From NCBI GenBank assembly GCA_965219445.1, contig CBDCNQ010000005.1:576001-640000 (forward strand): a stretch of 64,000 nt of DNA. Direction: 5' to 3'. Under the pieces are notes generated by a model. That model saw only the letters and a list, made by a program, of their open reading frames with translations. It was not told the DNA's origin and did no database searches. Shown one piece after another: positions 51,698 to 62,895 of the stretch. This DNA is from Longimicrobiales bacterium. Its GTDB lineage: Bacteria; Gemmatimonadota; Gemmatimonadetes; Longimicrobiales; Gaopeijiaceae. Position numbers and translations under genes: made by a program. Position 1 is the first letter of the stretch. Every line of letters starts with the position of its first letter.

Positions 51698-52912
51698 ATG
51701 ACACCCCCCAAGCGACCCCCGCAACGCAAGCCGCGCAGACGGCATCCCAACAACGCCCTGACGCCTGCCTTCGTGCGCAACGTGAGCCAGGCCGGACGCT
51801 ATTGTGACGGCCAGGGCCTCTATCTCGATGTGCGGCCCTCGGGCAGCCGGGGCTGGATCCAGCGCCTCACGATCCGCGGCCGCCGAACCGAGCTCGGGCT
51901 CGGCGGATTCCCCCTGGTCTCGCTGAAGGAAGCCCGAGAGAAGGCGTTCGCCAACCGGAAGCTCGCCCGCGAGCGAGGCGATCCCCTGTCGGAGAAGCGG
52001 CGGGTCGAGTCGACGCCCACCTTCGCGGACGCGACCCGGCAGGTCTGGAACCAGCTGCGGCCGGGCTGGCGCTCCCCCCAGCATGCGCAGCTCTGGCTGA
52101 GCAGCCTGGAGCGCTACGCTGTTCCTCGCATCGGGAAGATGCCAATTTCGGAGGTGACGAGCGCCGACGTGATCGAGATCCTCGCTCCGATCTGGCACGA
52201 CATGCCGCCCACGGCCCGGAAGTTGCGCCAGCGCATCCGCGCGGTCATGGAGTGGGCGGTGGCGATGGGTCTCAGGCCCGACAACCCGTGCGACCGGATC
52301 GGCCCGGTGCTCGGTTCGCAGGGGGGCGTCGTTCGACACATGCGGGCGTTGCCGCACGGCCAGGTGTCGGCGGCGATCGAGACGGTGCGGAGGTCGAACG
52401 CGCGGCCGGTCGTGAAGCTGGCATTCGAGTTCCTGGTGCTGACGGCGACACGCTCCGGCGAGGTGCGTGGGGCGCTCTGGACGGAGATCGACCGGGGCGA
52501 GGGTGCGTGGATCATCCCGGCCCGACGCACGAAGGCGGCGCGCGAGCACCGGGTCCCGCTGTGCCGGCGTGCGCTGGAGATCCTCGAGGAGGCGCGGGCG
52601 CTCGATCGCGGCAGCCCGCTCGTGTTTCCAGGCCTGCGCAGAAACCCCATTGCGACCACAGCGCTGTCGGAACTGCTCAGGGAGTTAAAGATCGCGGCTG
52701 TGCCGCACGGGTTCCGGTCGAGTTTCCGGGACTGGGCGGCCGAAGATACGGATCATCCCCGCGAGGTCGTGGAGGCGGCGCTGGCGCATGTCGTCCAGAA
52801 CAAGGTCGAGGCCGCCTATCGGCGCACGGACCTGTTCGACCGGCGGCGCCGACTCATGGAGGACTGGGCGAGCTACCTGGCTGGCGAGCGTCAAGAACCG
52901 AAGGGCACGTAG
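51698..52912 (+). CDS. P4-type tyrosine integrase
   Basis: YCDGQGLYL, TATRSGE, HGFRSSFR, LAH, AAY. Confidence 0.92.
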   Translation: MTPPKRPPQRKPRRRHPNNALTPAFVRNVSQAGRYCDGQGLYLDVRPSGSRGWIQRLTIRGRRTELGLGGFPLVSLKEAREKAFANRKLARERGDPLSEKRRVESTPTFADATRQVWNQLRPGWRSPQHAQLWLSSLERYAVPRIGKMPISEVTSADVIEILAPIWHDMPPTARKLRQRIRAVMEWAVAMGLRPDNPCDRIGPVLGSQGGVVRHMRALPHGQVSAAIETVRRSNARPVVKLAFEFLVLTATRSGEVRGALWTEIDRGEGAWIIPARRTKAAREHRVPLCRRALEILEEARALDRGSPLVFPGLRRNPIATTALSELLRELKIAAVPHGFRSSFRDWAAEDTDHPREVVEAALAHVVQNKVEAAYRRTDLFDRRRRLMEDWASYLAGERQEPKGT

Positions 52913-53030
52913 CTCCATCGCCACGGCCCATTCTAACACAGTTCGGGTGCGGTGATGTACACACTGGGCCGTGGGCGCCTTGGTGTGCCAGATCGGAGTG
53001 AGGATCTCGATCACGTCGGCGCGCGTGACC
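52908..53030 (-). pseudogene. Inverted P4-type integrase fragment
   Basis: VTRADVIEILTPIWHTKAPTA...LEWAVAMEL. Confidence 0.7.
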
Positions 53031-53239
53031 TCATCTGGACGGCGCACGCCTGACAACGAAGCACGAGCGACTCCTGCGGCTCGAAGAGACGCCAGGGAAC
53101 GGGATCCGCCGTACCGGAAAGCTCGCATCAGGTCGTCGACCACCAGTTAGGGAGCAACGCGGTGGAGCCGGGACCGTCTGGGATGATTCTGGGCCACTCT
53201 CTTTAGATGCCGAGGGTCATCTGTGGATGGGTCCCGCGA

Positions 53240-54300
53240 CGAGTGGTCCGCATCGACCGTGTAACCTGTTTGGTTGGGAAGAATGAGGCTGGCAAATCCG
53301 CCTTGTTGGAAGCTTTGTACAAGCTGAATCCCGTAGACAGTACCGCCAGATTCGTCCAAGAGGACTACCCGCGGCGATTCGCGCTCACTGACGAAGGTAA
53401 GCAGAACCAAGAGTCAGCCGATGTTTTGACCACCACGTGGGACATTGAGAGCAAAGATTTTGGGATCATAAAGGACGAGCTACCAGAGGTCTCGCTGCTG
53501 GACAATTCCACTGTCACAATAAACAAAGGGTACGGTAACATTCGGTATTGGCGTGTTGCAGCAGATGAAAGTAAAACTGTTGATAACTTAATTCAGTCCG
53601 CACGATTTAATGCTTCTGAGAGAGCATCGGTAGGCAACGTTGATACTCTGATGCAGCTCGCCACCGCCTTGGAGGAAATCAGAGAACCGACGGAAAAACA
53701 TCAAGAACTGTTAGTACGCCTAAACGAAAGATATCAACAACGCTCTATAAGCTTAGCGGTGGCCAACGTTCTTAGTCGGGCATTACCAAAGTTTGTCTAC
53801 TTCCGAGACTACGAAAGACTTCCCGGAAAGGTTGCCATAAATGATCTTATAAGACGCGGACAACAAGACGACTTCACGTTCGAATTGCGAATTTTTCAGG
53901 CTCTCTTAGCACTAGTGAACAGTACCGCTGAGGAGATCGCTGACGCACATAAGTCCGAGCAACTCATCATGAAGTTGGAGGCGATATCCAATCGACTATC
54001 AGACGAGATTTTCGAGTACTGGAGTCAAAACAAACACCTACGAGTTGAGTTTCGATGTGATATGGCACGTAATCAAGACCCATCGCCATTTAATGACGGA
54101 TAATGGATCTTCAGTACCCGGATTGTGAACGAGAGGCATCGAGCGTCTGTCAATTTCGACGAACGCAGTAGTGGATTCATCTGGTTTTTCTCATTTCTGA
54201 TATGGTTCTCCCAGATGAAGGAGAACTACGCTGATAAATTGATAGTGTTACTAGATGAACCAGGTCTGACTCTTCACGGCAAGGCTCAACAAGACCTTTT
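53240..54300 (+). pseudogene. OLD/AAA_15-like ABC ATPase, broken
   Basis: GKNEAGKS, SSG, LLDEPG; in-frame TAA at 54101; truncated at ~54300; lower GC than surroundings. Confidence 0.75.
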
Positions 54301-54550
54301 AGCGCCCCCTTTAGCGCCCCTTTTTAGCGGAGGAGGCAGCGAGGATTCTGGGGAATGTTGGCCTCGCCTCTATCGGAGGTAGGTTGAGCGCGGTGATTTC
54401 TGTGAGACGCGCCCGGGAATTGGAAACTTCCGCCGCCTCCTTGCACCAGCACCGTCCGCGCCTGCGCGGCGACCGAGAGCCCGCGAGCTGGGGGGGGCCT
54501 GGATGAGGACAATGCTGGCGGCAGGACGCCCGACCTCTCGCGAGGGTGGA

Positions 54551-55774
54551 ATGAATGAAGTAAGCCATGCACCCGCTCCGCGCCGCAAGACCAAGCCCAA
54601 GGGCCGCCATCCGCACAAGCGGCTCTCGGCCGCGTTCGTGCCCTCCGCACCGCCGGGCAGATATTGCGACGGCAACGGGCTCTACCTCTTCGTCCAGCCG
54701 AGCGGAGCCCGAAGCTGGGTCCAGCGGCTCGTCATCCGCGGACGGCGGCGGGACTTCGGACTCGGAGGCGTGGCTCTGGTCTCGCTCGCCGAAGCACGGG
54801 AGAAGGCGCGGGCGAACCGCAAGCTGGCCCGCGAGGGCGGCGATCCGCTCGCCGAGAAGCGCCGCGCCCAAGGGATGCCGACGTTTGCCGAAGCCGCCGA
54901 GCGCGTCGTGGAGCAGAAGCGGTCCGGTTGGCGCAACCCGAGGCAGGCCCATGACTGGATGGCGAGCCTGAGGCGCTACGCATTCCCGCGCATCGGTCGG
55001 ACGCTCATCACGGAGGTGACGAGCGGCGACATGCTCGAGATCCTCGGTCCGATCTGGCACACGAGGGCACCCACGGCCCGCGTGCTGCGCCAGCGCATCC
55101 GCACGGTACTGGAGTGGGCCGTGGCGATGGAGTTCCGGACCGACAACCCCGCCGACCGCGTGGCGTCGTTCCTCGGGTCGCAGGAGACGATGGTGCGGCA
55201 CATGCGAGCCTTGCCGCATCGCGAGGTGGCGTCGGCGCTGGACAAGGTGTGGGCCTCGCATGCGATGCCGGTTTCCAAGCTGGCGTTCGAGTTCCTGGTG
55301 CTGACGGCGGCGAGATGGGGCGAGGTCCGTTGGGCCGAGTGGTCGGAGATCGACTTGGCGGAGGGAGTGTGGACGGTTCCAGAAGCGCGCATGAAGGCGA
55401 AGCGGGAGCACCGCGTGCCGTTGTGCCGCCGGGCGTTGGAGCTTCTCGAAGGGACGCGGAAGCGGGACGATAGGTCCGGTTCGTTGGTCTTCACGCGGAA
55501 GGGCGGCCAGCCGCTCGCCGACCGGCAGCTGCGCCAACTGCTCCAGCAGCAGGAGATCGCGGCCGTCCCGCACGGCTTCCGGTCTTCGTTCCGGGATTGG
55601 GCCGCCGAGGAAACGGACCATCCCCGCGAGGTGGTCGAGGCGGCGCTGGCGCACGTCGTCCAGAACAAGGTGGAGGCCGCGTACCGGCGCACGGACCTGT
55701 TCGAGCGGCGTCGTCGGCTCATGGATGACTGGGCGGAGTATCTCGCGGGCCGGAGAGCGGGCACCGAGACCTGA
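54551..55774 (+). CDS. P4-type tyrosine integrase
   Basis: YCDGNGLYL, TAARWGE, HGFRSSFR, LAH, AAY. Confidence 0.92.
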   Translation: MNEVSHAPAPRRKTKPKGRHPHKRLSAAFVPSAPPGRYCDGNGLYLFVQPSGARSWVQRLVIRGRRRDFGLGGVALVSLAEAREKARANRKLAREGGDPLAEKRRAQGMPTFAEAAERVVEQKRSGWRNPRQAHDWMASLRRYAFPRIGRTLITEVTSGDMLEILGPIWHTRAPTARVLRQRIRTVLEWAVAMEFRTDNPADRVASFLGSQETMVRHMRALPHREVASALDKVWASHAMPVSKLAFEFLVLTAARWGEVRWAEWSEIDLAEGVWTVPEARMKAKREHRVPLCRRALELLEGTRKRDDRSGSLVFTRKGGQPLADRQLRQLLQQQEIAAVPHGFRSSFRDWAAEETDHPREVVEAALAHVVQNKVEAAYRRTDLFERRRRLMDDWAEYLAGRRAGTET

Positions 55775-56081
55775 CCTTTACGTGCCTCCGCCTCCGCGAC
55801 GGGCTCAGAGGCCGTTTCGGGGCGGCTCAGGGGCATTTCGGGTTATCCTACGGGCCGTAGGATGGCCGAGGATCGACGATCGCCGGTCCCCGAGGGGTAC
55901 GGGTAGGGCGGAAAGCGGCGGCGCGGCAAAGGGCGCGGCCATCGCCAAGGAGTTGACGGGTCCCCCGTCGCCCTCCCCGTCCGTGAGGCTGACGACCGAG
56001 AGGCGGAGGAGCTTGCCCGCGACGGCTCGGCGGGCGTTGTTCCGGGCGGTGCCCGGACAGGCGTTGCGGAGGCGTCCGCAG

Positions 56082-56180
56082 GGCTGGCTTGAGCCACTCT
56101 TAGGTGGCTAAGCCAGCATACCCCGTGTGGGTACACGGGGCTGGCGAGGGGTGGCTCCGCTCCCCCCTTCGAACCCCCCT
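56082..56180 (+). promoter_or_regulatory. oriT-like site variant
   Basis: GGCTGGCTT..TTAG..AAGCCAGCATA-CCCCGTGT..ACACGGGG-CTGGCGAGGGG. Confidence 0.45.
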
Positions 56181-56274
56181 TCTATTCCGAGCTTGGGGCT
56201 CGGTTCGTGGGGCGGACGGCACACGTCGCCCTCCGCGTTGGACCGCCCCCGGCGGCTGGCTCTCGATGGCGAGA

Positions 56275-59127
56275 TCAGCGCCGGTTCCGTGCGAGCAGTT
56301 CGCGTAGCGCCACGTCGTCGGTGATGTCGCCGGACCAGCCGTAGGCGGCGGCCACGGCGGCGTCGAGTTGGGCATGCGCATCGGCGAGCCATTGCGGTCG
56401 CGCGTTGTAGAGGTTGGTCAGCGTCCGCTTCTTGAGCGCGGTCGCCGCCTTCTTGTCGCGCGGGATCGGGCGCGGGGGATAGCCTCGGACGGGTTCCGCG
56501 ACCCATTCGACCCACTCGGGCGGGTTGAGCCAGCGGTCTCGGAGTTCGACGAGCCGCCGAGCCGCCGAGGCAATGGCCCGGGCGCGTGGAGCGGCCTTGT
56601 AATCGCTGGCGGGGATGTCGGGCGAGAGTCCATCCGGGAAGGGGAAGGTCTCGAAGGTGGTCGTGGGCGTGTAGCGCGGATCGTTGCCCTTGCCAAGCCA
56701 AGTGCCCATGCGTAGCGACCAAGCCTCGTGGAACCGGCTGTGCAGGATGCCGAACGTGGCGTCGTCCTCGCGGGCGATGGCGATCAGGGCGCTGTCGGGG
56801 CAGATCCGGATGTCGAACCAGACGAAGAGGCGGTGTTTGGACACGCGCGGCGTGGCGATGTAGCGGGACAGGCCGCCAAGCGCCTCTCGAAGTTCCTGCC
56901 TCGGTCGAAGATGCCGCCACCACCGGAGACGGTGTTCTTCGATCCGGTTTCTCTGCCGCATCGGGTGGACGTGTTCGCGAATGTGCTGGAACGGAGACTC
57001 GTACAGGGTGGCGTCTCCCTCCTCCATCTCCCACCCGAAATCGACGATCCATTTGTCGGCGGGCCGCCGGGTAACGGCCATGCCATTCATCCACGGCTTG
57101 AGCACGTCCGAGTTGGGGCGGCCGTTGGGGTTCGCGGGCTCCCGCAGCCACTCGCGCGCCAAGTCTCCGGGAACGTCGAACGGCCCGCCCTTGGTGTCGC
57201 CCATGAAGGCCACGCCCGCGTTCCGGGCGAGCCGCCTCGCCTTGGTCAGGTCGATGCCTGCGCCTCCTCGTCGGGCCGTGAGGTCCGTGTAGATCTCGTC
57301 AACGGTCTCGCCGTCGAGGCGGCGGTCCGGCGCGAGTTCGCCGTCCGCCTCCGAGAAGCACACCAGCGAGACGCGGACGGCGGCACCGTCGATCACCCAC
57401 GGCTCGTCGCTCCACGCGTCGACGATCGGCCGACCGTGCGCTGCCCGTTCGAGCGCCCGGCGGTTCGCGCCGCCCCTGATCGAGTTGGTCGCGACCAAGC
57501 CGACCCGCTTCGAGGTCTTGCCGCCCAAGCGTTCACCGGCCTTCACGAACCAGTAGCAGACCAGATCGGCCTCGCGGGGCACCCGGCGCTCGTACACCCG
57601 GAACAGGGTCGATACGTATTCCTCGCCGAGGTTCGAGATGAGGAGCTTGCCGCCAAGGAAGGGCGGGTTGCCGATGACCACATCCGCCTCGGGCCACTCC
57701 GGTTCCCCGCCGTCGGCCGTCAGTATCGCGTCGCGGCACTCGATCGTTTCCAATGGGTCGAGGATCGGCTCCCGCGCGCCCGGAAACCCGTTCCTCCGCA
57801 TCCACTGGATCTCGCCGATCCACACCGACACCCGCGCCAGTTCCGCCGCGTAGGCGTTCAACTCGATCCCCTTCACGTTGGCGGGGCCGACCGAAGGGAA
57901 GCCGCGCTGGAGACCCAGCGCCTCGGCCTCCAACTGGACTTGGTGCTCCATGTCGTGGAGAGCGTGGAGCGCGAGGTAGAGGAAGTTGCCCGAGCCGCAG
58001 GCCGGGTCGAGCACGGTGAAGTTGCGCAGCCGTTCCAGAAACGTGCCGAGCGCGTTCTCCGCCTGCCTGCGGTTCCGCGTCTCCGCACCCTTTGACTTCG
58101 CGGAGTTCGCGCGCTTGATCCTCTTGGCAATCCCAGCTTTCGCGGTCTTCCACTCGGCCAGCAGGGGGCGAACGATCACCGGATCGATGATCCGCATGAT
58201 CTTGTCCCGGTCCGTGTAGTGCGCCCCGAGTTGCGAACGCTTGTCGGGGTCAAGGCCCCGCTCGAACAGCGTGCCCAGGATCGAGGGATCGATGCTGGAC
58301 CAGTCCAGTCCGGAGGCCGCCAGCGTCGTCTCGATCTGCCCCTTGTCCATGGGGAGGGCGGCATCGTCCTCGAACAGCCCGCCGTTGAACCAATCCACGT
58401 CCTCGAACCCGACCTCGCCCCCCGTGGACATCGCGCCGAACAGCTTCCGCGCCAAGTCCGCGAACTTCTCCGGCTCCCGGCGCGCCCGCCTCAGCATGCG
58501 GGTGAACATGTCGTTGGGGAGCAGGCCCACGTCCTCGGCGAACATGCAGAACACGAGGCGGTTCACGAAGTGCGCCACGTCCTCGGGGCCGTGGCCTTGG
58601 TCCCTGAGCGACTGCGCGAGCCGCGCGAAGTGCTTGGCAGCCCGTTCCGTCAGCGTCTGACGGGTCTCGCCCGGCCGCAGCCGCTCAGGGTCGGACATGG
58701 CCCACTTGAGCTTGTCGCGTACCGCGCCGTCCACGAGATCGTCAAGCGCGAACTCGTGCGTCTTGCTGACCGAGTTGGTCCAGTTCGTCCGGATCCGGAA
58801 CCGTCTCATGTCCGAGACGATCAGCAACGGCGGGTTCTCCAGCGCGAGCGCGTACTGCCGCAACTGGTCGAACGCGGCGTCGAGGTTCGCGTGCTTCCCC
58901 TTGTACTCCCAGGCGAAGCAGTGGCGCTTCCACACATCCGCCCAGCTCCCGCCGCCGGAGTCCTTCAGCGCGCCGCGCTCGAAGCAGTAGCGGTCCCCCT
59001 TGGGGTCCGCCTCCGCAGGGGTCGGTTCCCCGAGCAGCCGGCACAGGTCGATGAAGTGCTCCTGCGCCGCCGAGCGCTCCTTCAACTCCGACGCGTGCCA
59101 CTTCGCAATGAACTCGTTCGCGATCAC
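56275..59127 (-). CDS. MmeI-like (type IIL) restriction-modification enzyme
   Basis: AD..WEYK, FNGGLF, GAHYT, DPACGSGNF, GNPPF, TLTNLYN. Confidence 0.88.
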   Translation of the reverse strand: MIANEFIAKWHASELKERSAAQEHFIDLCRLLGEPTPAEADPKGDRYCFERGALKDSGGGSWADVWKRHCFAWEYKGKHANLDAAFDQLRQYALALENPPLLIVSDMRRFRIRTNWTNSVSKTHEFALDDLVDGAVRDKLKWAMSDPERLRPGETRQTLTERAAKHFARLAQSLRDQGHGPEDVAHFVNRLVFCMFAEDVGLLPNDMFTRMLRRARREPEKFADLARKLFGAMSTGGEVGFEDVDWFNGGLFEDDAALPMDKGQIETTLAASGLDWSSIDPSILGTLFERGLDPDKRSQLGAHYTDRDKIMRIIDPVIVRPLLAEWKTAKAGIAKRIKRANSAKSKGAETRNRRQAENALGTFLERLRNFTVLDPACGSGNFLYLALHALHDMEHQVQLEAEALGLQRGFPSVGPANVKGIELNAYAAELARVSVWIGEIQWMRRNGFPGAREPILDPLETIECRDAILTADGGEPEWPEADVVIGNPPFLGGKLLISNLGEEYVSTLFRVYERRVPREADLVCYWFVKAGERLGGKTSKRVGLVATNSIRGGANRRALERAAHGRPIVDAWSDEPWVIDGAAVRVSLVCFSEADGELAPDRRLDGETVDEIYTDLTARRGGAGIDLTKARRLARNAGVAFMGDTKGGPFDVPGDLAREWLREPANPNGRPNSDVLKPWMNGMAVTRRPADKWIVDFGWEMEEGDATLYESPFQHIREHVHPMRQRNRIEEHRLRWWRHLRPRQELREALGGLSRYIATPRVSKHRLFVWFDIRICPDSALIAIAREDDATFGILHSRFHEAWSLRMGTWLGKGNDPRYTPTTTFETFPFPDGLSPDIPASDYKAAPRARAIASAARRLVELRDRWLNPPEWVEWVAEPVRGYPPRPIPRDKKAATALKKRTLTNLYNARPQWLADAHAQLDAAVAAAYGWSGDITDDVALRELLARNRR

Positions 59128-59462
59128 CTCAACGACTCTCCGCTTGCGCTTCGCGGTTCACATGGGCCAACACGCCTCCCCTCGGGCGCTTGACGCAATG
59201 CCATGAATGTATCACCACTTGGGGGTGCGCCGGCGCGATCCCAACACCGCGGGAGGACCCAAGCGGACATGGCCGAGGCGGTACGAAGACGCGCCCGCCC
59301 CCCTACGACGGTGATCGACCGGAACCCGTCCTCGGGTCCAAAGTCCTCCGATGCGGTCGATTGGATTCCCGTTCGGGAAGGGGTAAGGAATGAGGTAAGC
59401 CAATCCTGTGTACACCCCGTAACATCAATAATGGTGGCTGTTTACGCTATATCCAGAGTAGA

Positions 59463-59655
59463 CACATCGTCAACATCCGCGGCAACAGCTACCGGATGCG
59501 TCACCACACCGAACTCTCCAAAGCCCTTCACTCGCCTCCTTCGGAGTCGAGCTCTTCACACCCAAGGCCGAGGAGAAGAAAACGAAAGGAGAACACGACG
59601 TCCTAGAGGCCCGTCACCTCCCTCCGAAGTGTGACATTTTCAACCGGCGTTGACA
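59463..59655 (+). mobile_element. istB: IS21-family remnant: istB 3' end and right end
   Basis: HIVNIRGNSYRMR...stop at 59606; terminus ACATTTTCAACCGGCGTTGACA abuts the CRISPR repeat. Confidence 0.75.
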
Positions 59656-61856
59656 CTCAACGCCTTTCGGCATCACAGAGGTTCTCACCAGGTCGCGTCC
59701 ATTCTGGACAACGAAGACGACATGTGCTCAACGCCTTTCGGCATCACAGAGGTTCTCACTCCCCAGCGGGTGACATTGTGCCCCTGCCAGATGTGGTGCT
59801 CAACGCCTTTCGGCATCACAGAGGTTCTCACGAGCTAGGATCAAAGGGTGAGTAAAAGAGAGGCGACGTACCTTTGCGCTGAGATTTAAACCAGCGAGCC
59901 CGGGTGACAGCCCGGGGAAAGGAACGTCGCCTCATGAGAGAGGATATCGCGGGACCCCGGGGTGCGTCCAGCAGGCCGATGTGGGAGACGCTCGAGGGGA
60001 TGGTTAGGGAGAAGGCGCAGGAGTTCATCCAACAGATCATGGAGGAGGAAGAGTCACGGGAGTTGTTAGGCCGGGAGAAGTCCGAGCGCAGGAGTACGGT
60101 GGACTCGGCCGAGGGCTACCGCAACGGATATGGCAAGCCGAGGCGGTTGGCGATGAGCTCGGGCACGATCACACTCCGACGCCCTCGGGTTCGGGGCGTC
60201 GAGGAGCGGTTCGAGAGTCGGGTGCTGCCGTTGTTCGCGAGACGGACGAAGGAGCTGGGCGCTCTGCTTCCGGAGCTGTATCTGCACGGACTGGCGGAGG
60301 GAGACTTCGAGCTGGCGATGCGGGGACTGCTAGGCGAGGGGGCCCCGCTGTCGAAGTCTTCGATCCGGAGACTGCGGCGGAGTTCGAGGAATGGAGCCAG
60401 CATCGCCTGGAGGTCCGTGAGGTCGTCTACGTATGGGCGGACGGGATCTACGTGAAGGCAGGGCTCGAGCGGGACAAGGCGGCGCTGCTGGTGGTGCTGG
60501 GCGCGATGCGAGACGGGACGAAGGAGGTGTTGGCCCTGAGATCGGGCTACCGAGAGTCGGTCGAGTCCTGGTCCGAGGTGTTGCGGGATCTGAAGGCACG
60601 CGGCATCGAGGTGCCCCGGCTTCTGATGGCGGACGGTAACGCGGCGATCTGGGGCGCAGTACGGCAGGTATGGCCTGAGGCGGGCGAGCAACGGTGCTGG
60701 AACCACAAGATGAGGAACGTGCTGGACCGGCTGCCGCAGCGGGAGCAGAGCGAGGCGAAGGATCTTCTCAAGGGCCGTGGTCTACGCACCGAGGCGGTCC
60801 GAGGCTGTGAAGGCCCGCGAAGTGTTCGCCAGGCGCTACAGGCCGTGGTATCCGAAGGCGGTGGACGTACTCGAGGACGACTGGGAGCGGATGGTGGCGT
60901 TCTACGACTTCCCCGAGGACCACTGGAAGCATCTACGCACGACGAACGTGGTCGAGAGCCCGTTCGCTGCGCTACGGCTCAGGACGACGGCGGCGAAGCG
61001 ATTCAAGCGGATCGAGAGCGCTACGGCGCTGATCTGGAAGTTGCTCTTGGTGGCCGAGAAGCGGTTCCGAAGGCTCGACGCTCCTCACCTCCTCAAGGAC
61101 GTGTTTGAAGGAAGGAAGTTCGAAGACGGAAAGCCCGTCTCAACCCAACAGCGGAAGAATGCCGCCTGATACGTTTACACACCTATTGACCCAACCTCGT
61201 TCTCACAGGAATGGCGTGTCCGGTGCGCGGACCAGTTCGGGTGCTCAACGCCTTTCGGCATCACAGAGGTTCTCACACGTCGTAGTACGCGATCACCATC
61301 CCCTCGTCGAGGTGCTCAACGCCTTTCGGCATCACAGAGGTTCTCACTTTCTACTGAACGGGTTGGTTGCGTCCCCGAAGTTGTGCTCAACGCCTTTCGG
61401 CATCACAGAGGTTCTCACCGGCACCCAGCGAGGAGGTGACCGTCCAGACGGCGTGCTCAACGCCTTTCGGCATCACAGAGGTTCTCACAGGAACCGGCTC
61501 CGACGCAAGCGCCAGCGAGTCTATGTGCTCAACGCCTTTCGGCATCACAGAGGTTCTCACAAGTGAACTCGGGGCATCTCTCCGTCGGCCGTAACATCAT
61601 GTGCTCAACGCCTTTCGGCATCACAGAGGTTCTCACCTCGATCCCCGGTGCAATATGCTGGCTCAGGCTGACTAGTGCTCAACGCCTTTCGGCATCACAG
61701 AGGTTCTCACGCTGCGGGGCGGCGGCGGCAACGAGTTCATCGGTGTGTGCTCAACGCCTTTCGGCATCACAGAGGTTCTCACATAGCCGTCGTAGCACCG
61801 TCGGGTCTCCTATCTGGCGTGTGCTCAATGCCTTTCGGCATCACAGAGGTTCTCAC
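59656..61856 (-). CRISPR. CRISPR array: 12 repeats of 36 bp (first truncated), 11 spacers of 34-40 bp, split by IS256
   Basis: + strand repeat GTGCTCAACGCCTTTCGGCATCACAGAGGTTCTCAC at 59656 (partial), 59724, 59796, 61241, 61312, 61383, 61453, 61525, 61601, 61675, 61747, 61821; strand inferred from the cas genes. Confidence 0.97.
59832..61198 (+). mobile_element. IS256-family element with frameshifted transposase (59934-61169)
   Basis: 25-bp TIRs (19/25 match); 8-bp TSD GTTCTCAC at 59824-31 and 61199-206; YRNGY, DG, QRCWNH, RTTNVVES spread over three frames. Confidence 0.9.
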
Positions 61857-62031
61857 CGCTCTCGGCTGGACATAAGCGGGGGGCGGCTTTCCGGGGTGGT
61901 TTTCATGGACCTCATCTTGTGCGGGAAGGACCCGGTCCCAATGTCCTCTAGAGGATGACGGATCTTCCCGGAATTGCTTGGACATTCGCTTGTTCACGCA
62001 CCCGAGAGCGTGTAAATGCCAGAAGACACCG

Positions 62032-62895
62032 TTACATAGTGTCAATCGCCACACCCTTCGATACCCCCCCCTGGGATGTGAGCTGGACGTTGCCGTGTAA
62101 CACCATAGAGCTCACCTGCGCGATCGGAAGGTCCGTGACGATGCCATCGAGTGCCTGGACCCTCAGACATAGCGCGGCTCTTCCGACCCGCGATCCCGGC
62201 TCGGTGACATGCACTATCTGACGGTCATCGTCTGGAGGAGCCGGTAATGACCGATGGTCGGTCGGCCTTTCCTCATCCGGCAAGCAGACGCCAGAGAGGC
62301 TGCAATGCGTGCAGAGGTTGCGGTTCTCGGCTACCGGTGGGCGCCTTGAGGACGCGCTGAGCCTCCGCGCTTCGGCGATGGCTTTCCGCACGTCGTTACG
62401 GAGGTCATCTGTAACGGCTACGTGAACCCAGGCACTATCGCGTGCGTAGTGGATGCGTGCATGCCGAACGGAGGTCTTCCGAAGGTCCTCCAGAAGCATG
62501 GCATAGGCGCCGACCTGTAGTACGTCAGACGGCCACCCAGCGAGTCCGGCTTCGGTTCGTCTAGCTCTGCCACGCTTAACCTCGACAGGGATCAGATCCT
62601 CCTTCTCCGACCGAATGAAATCGACGCGCCCTTGGAGTCCCAAGCGGGCCGAAACGACGTGCATCGAATCTTTGTGCTTGCGCTCAAGTGAGGCATGGAG
62701 TTCTCGGCCCGCGTAGACGCGGGCGTTGGCCACTCGCTGCCCTTCGACATTCTCGAGATAGAATAGGCGAGGGCAGTAGGCGAGCGCGTGAAGAGCCATC
62801 ACGGGCACCAGTTCGACCGAATCTGCCGGTGGATTTGAGCGGAGCCCCTGGACCCCACTTCCTTCCCCCTCAACCTCCTGGCGTGAGGCGGACAT
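62032..62895 (-). pseudogene. cas4/cas1: Cas4-Cas1 fusion truncated early in Cas1
   Basis: YCPRL, GRVD, VEVK, QVGAY, CxxCSLxxxC; then HVTEPGSRVG...LHGNVQLTSQ and a stop. Confidence 0.85.

Noticed and set aside
59653..59688. Degenerate terminal repeat used to orient the array
   Set aside because: Better explained by IS21 truncation
59689..61820. Spacers targeting elements in this window
   Set aside because: No match noticed by eye; needs BLASTN
61105..61958. ORFs with VLNAFRHHRGSH repeats
   Set aside because: Translations of CRISPR repeats
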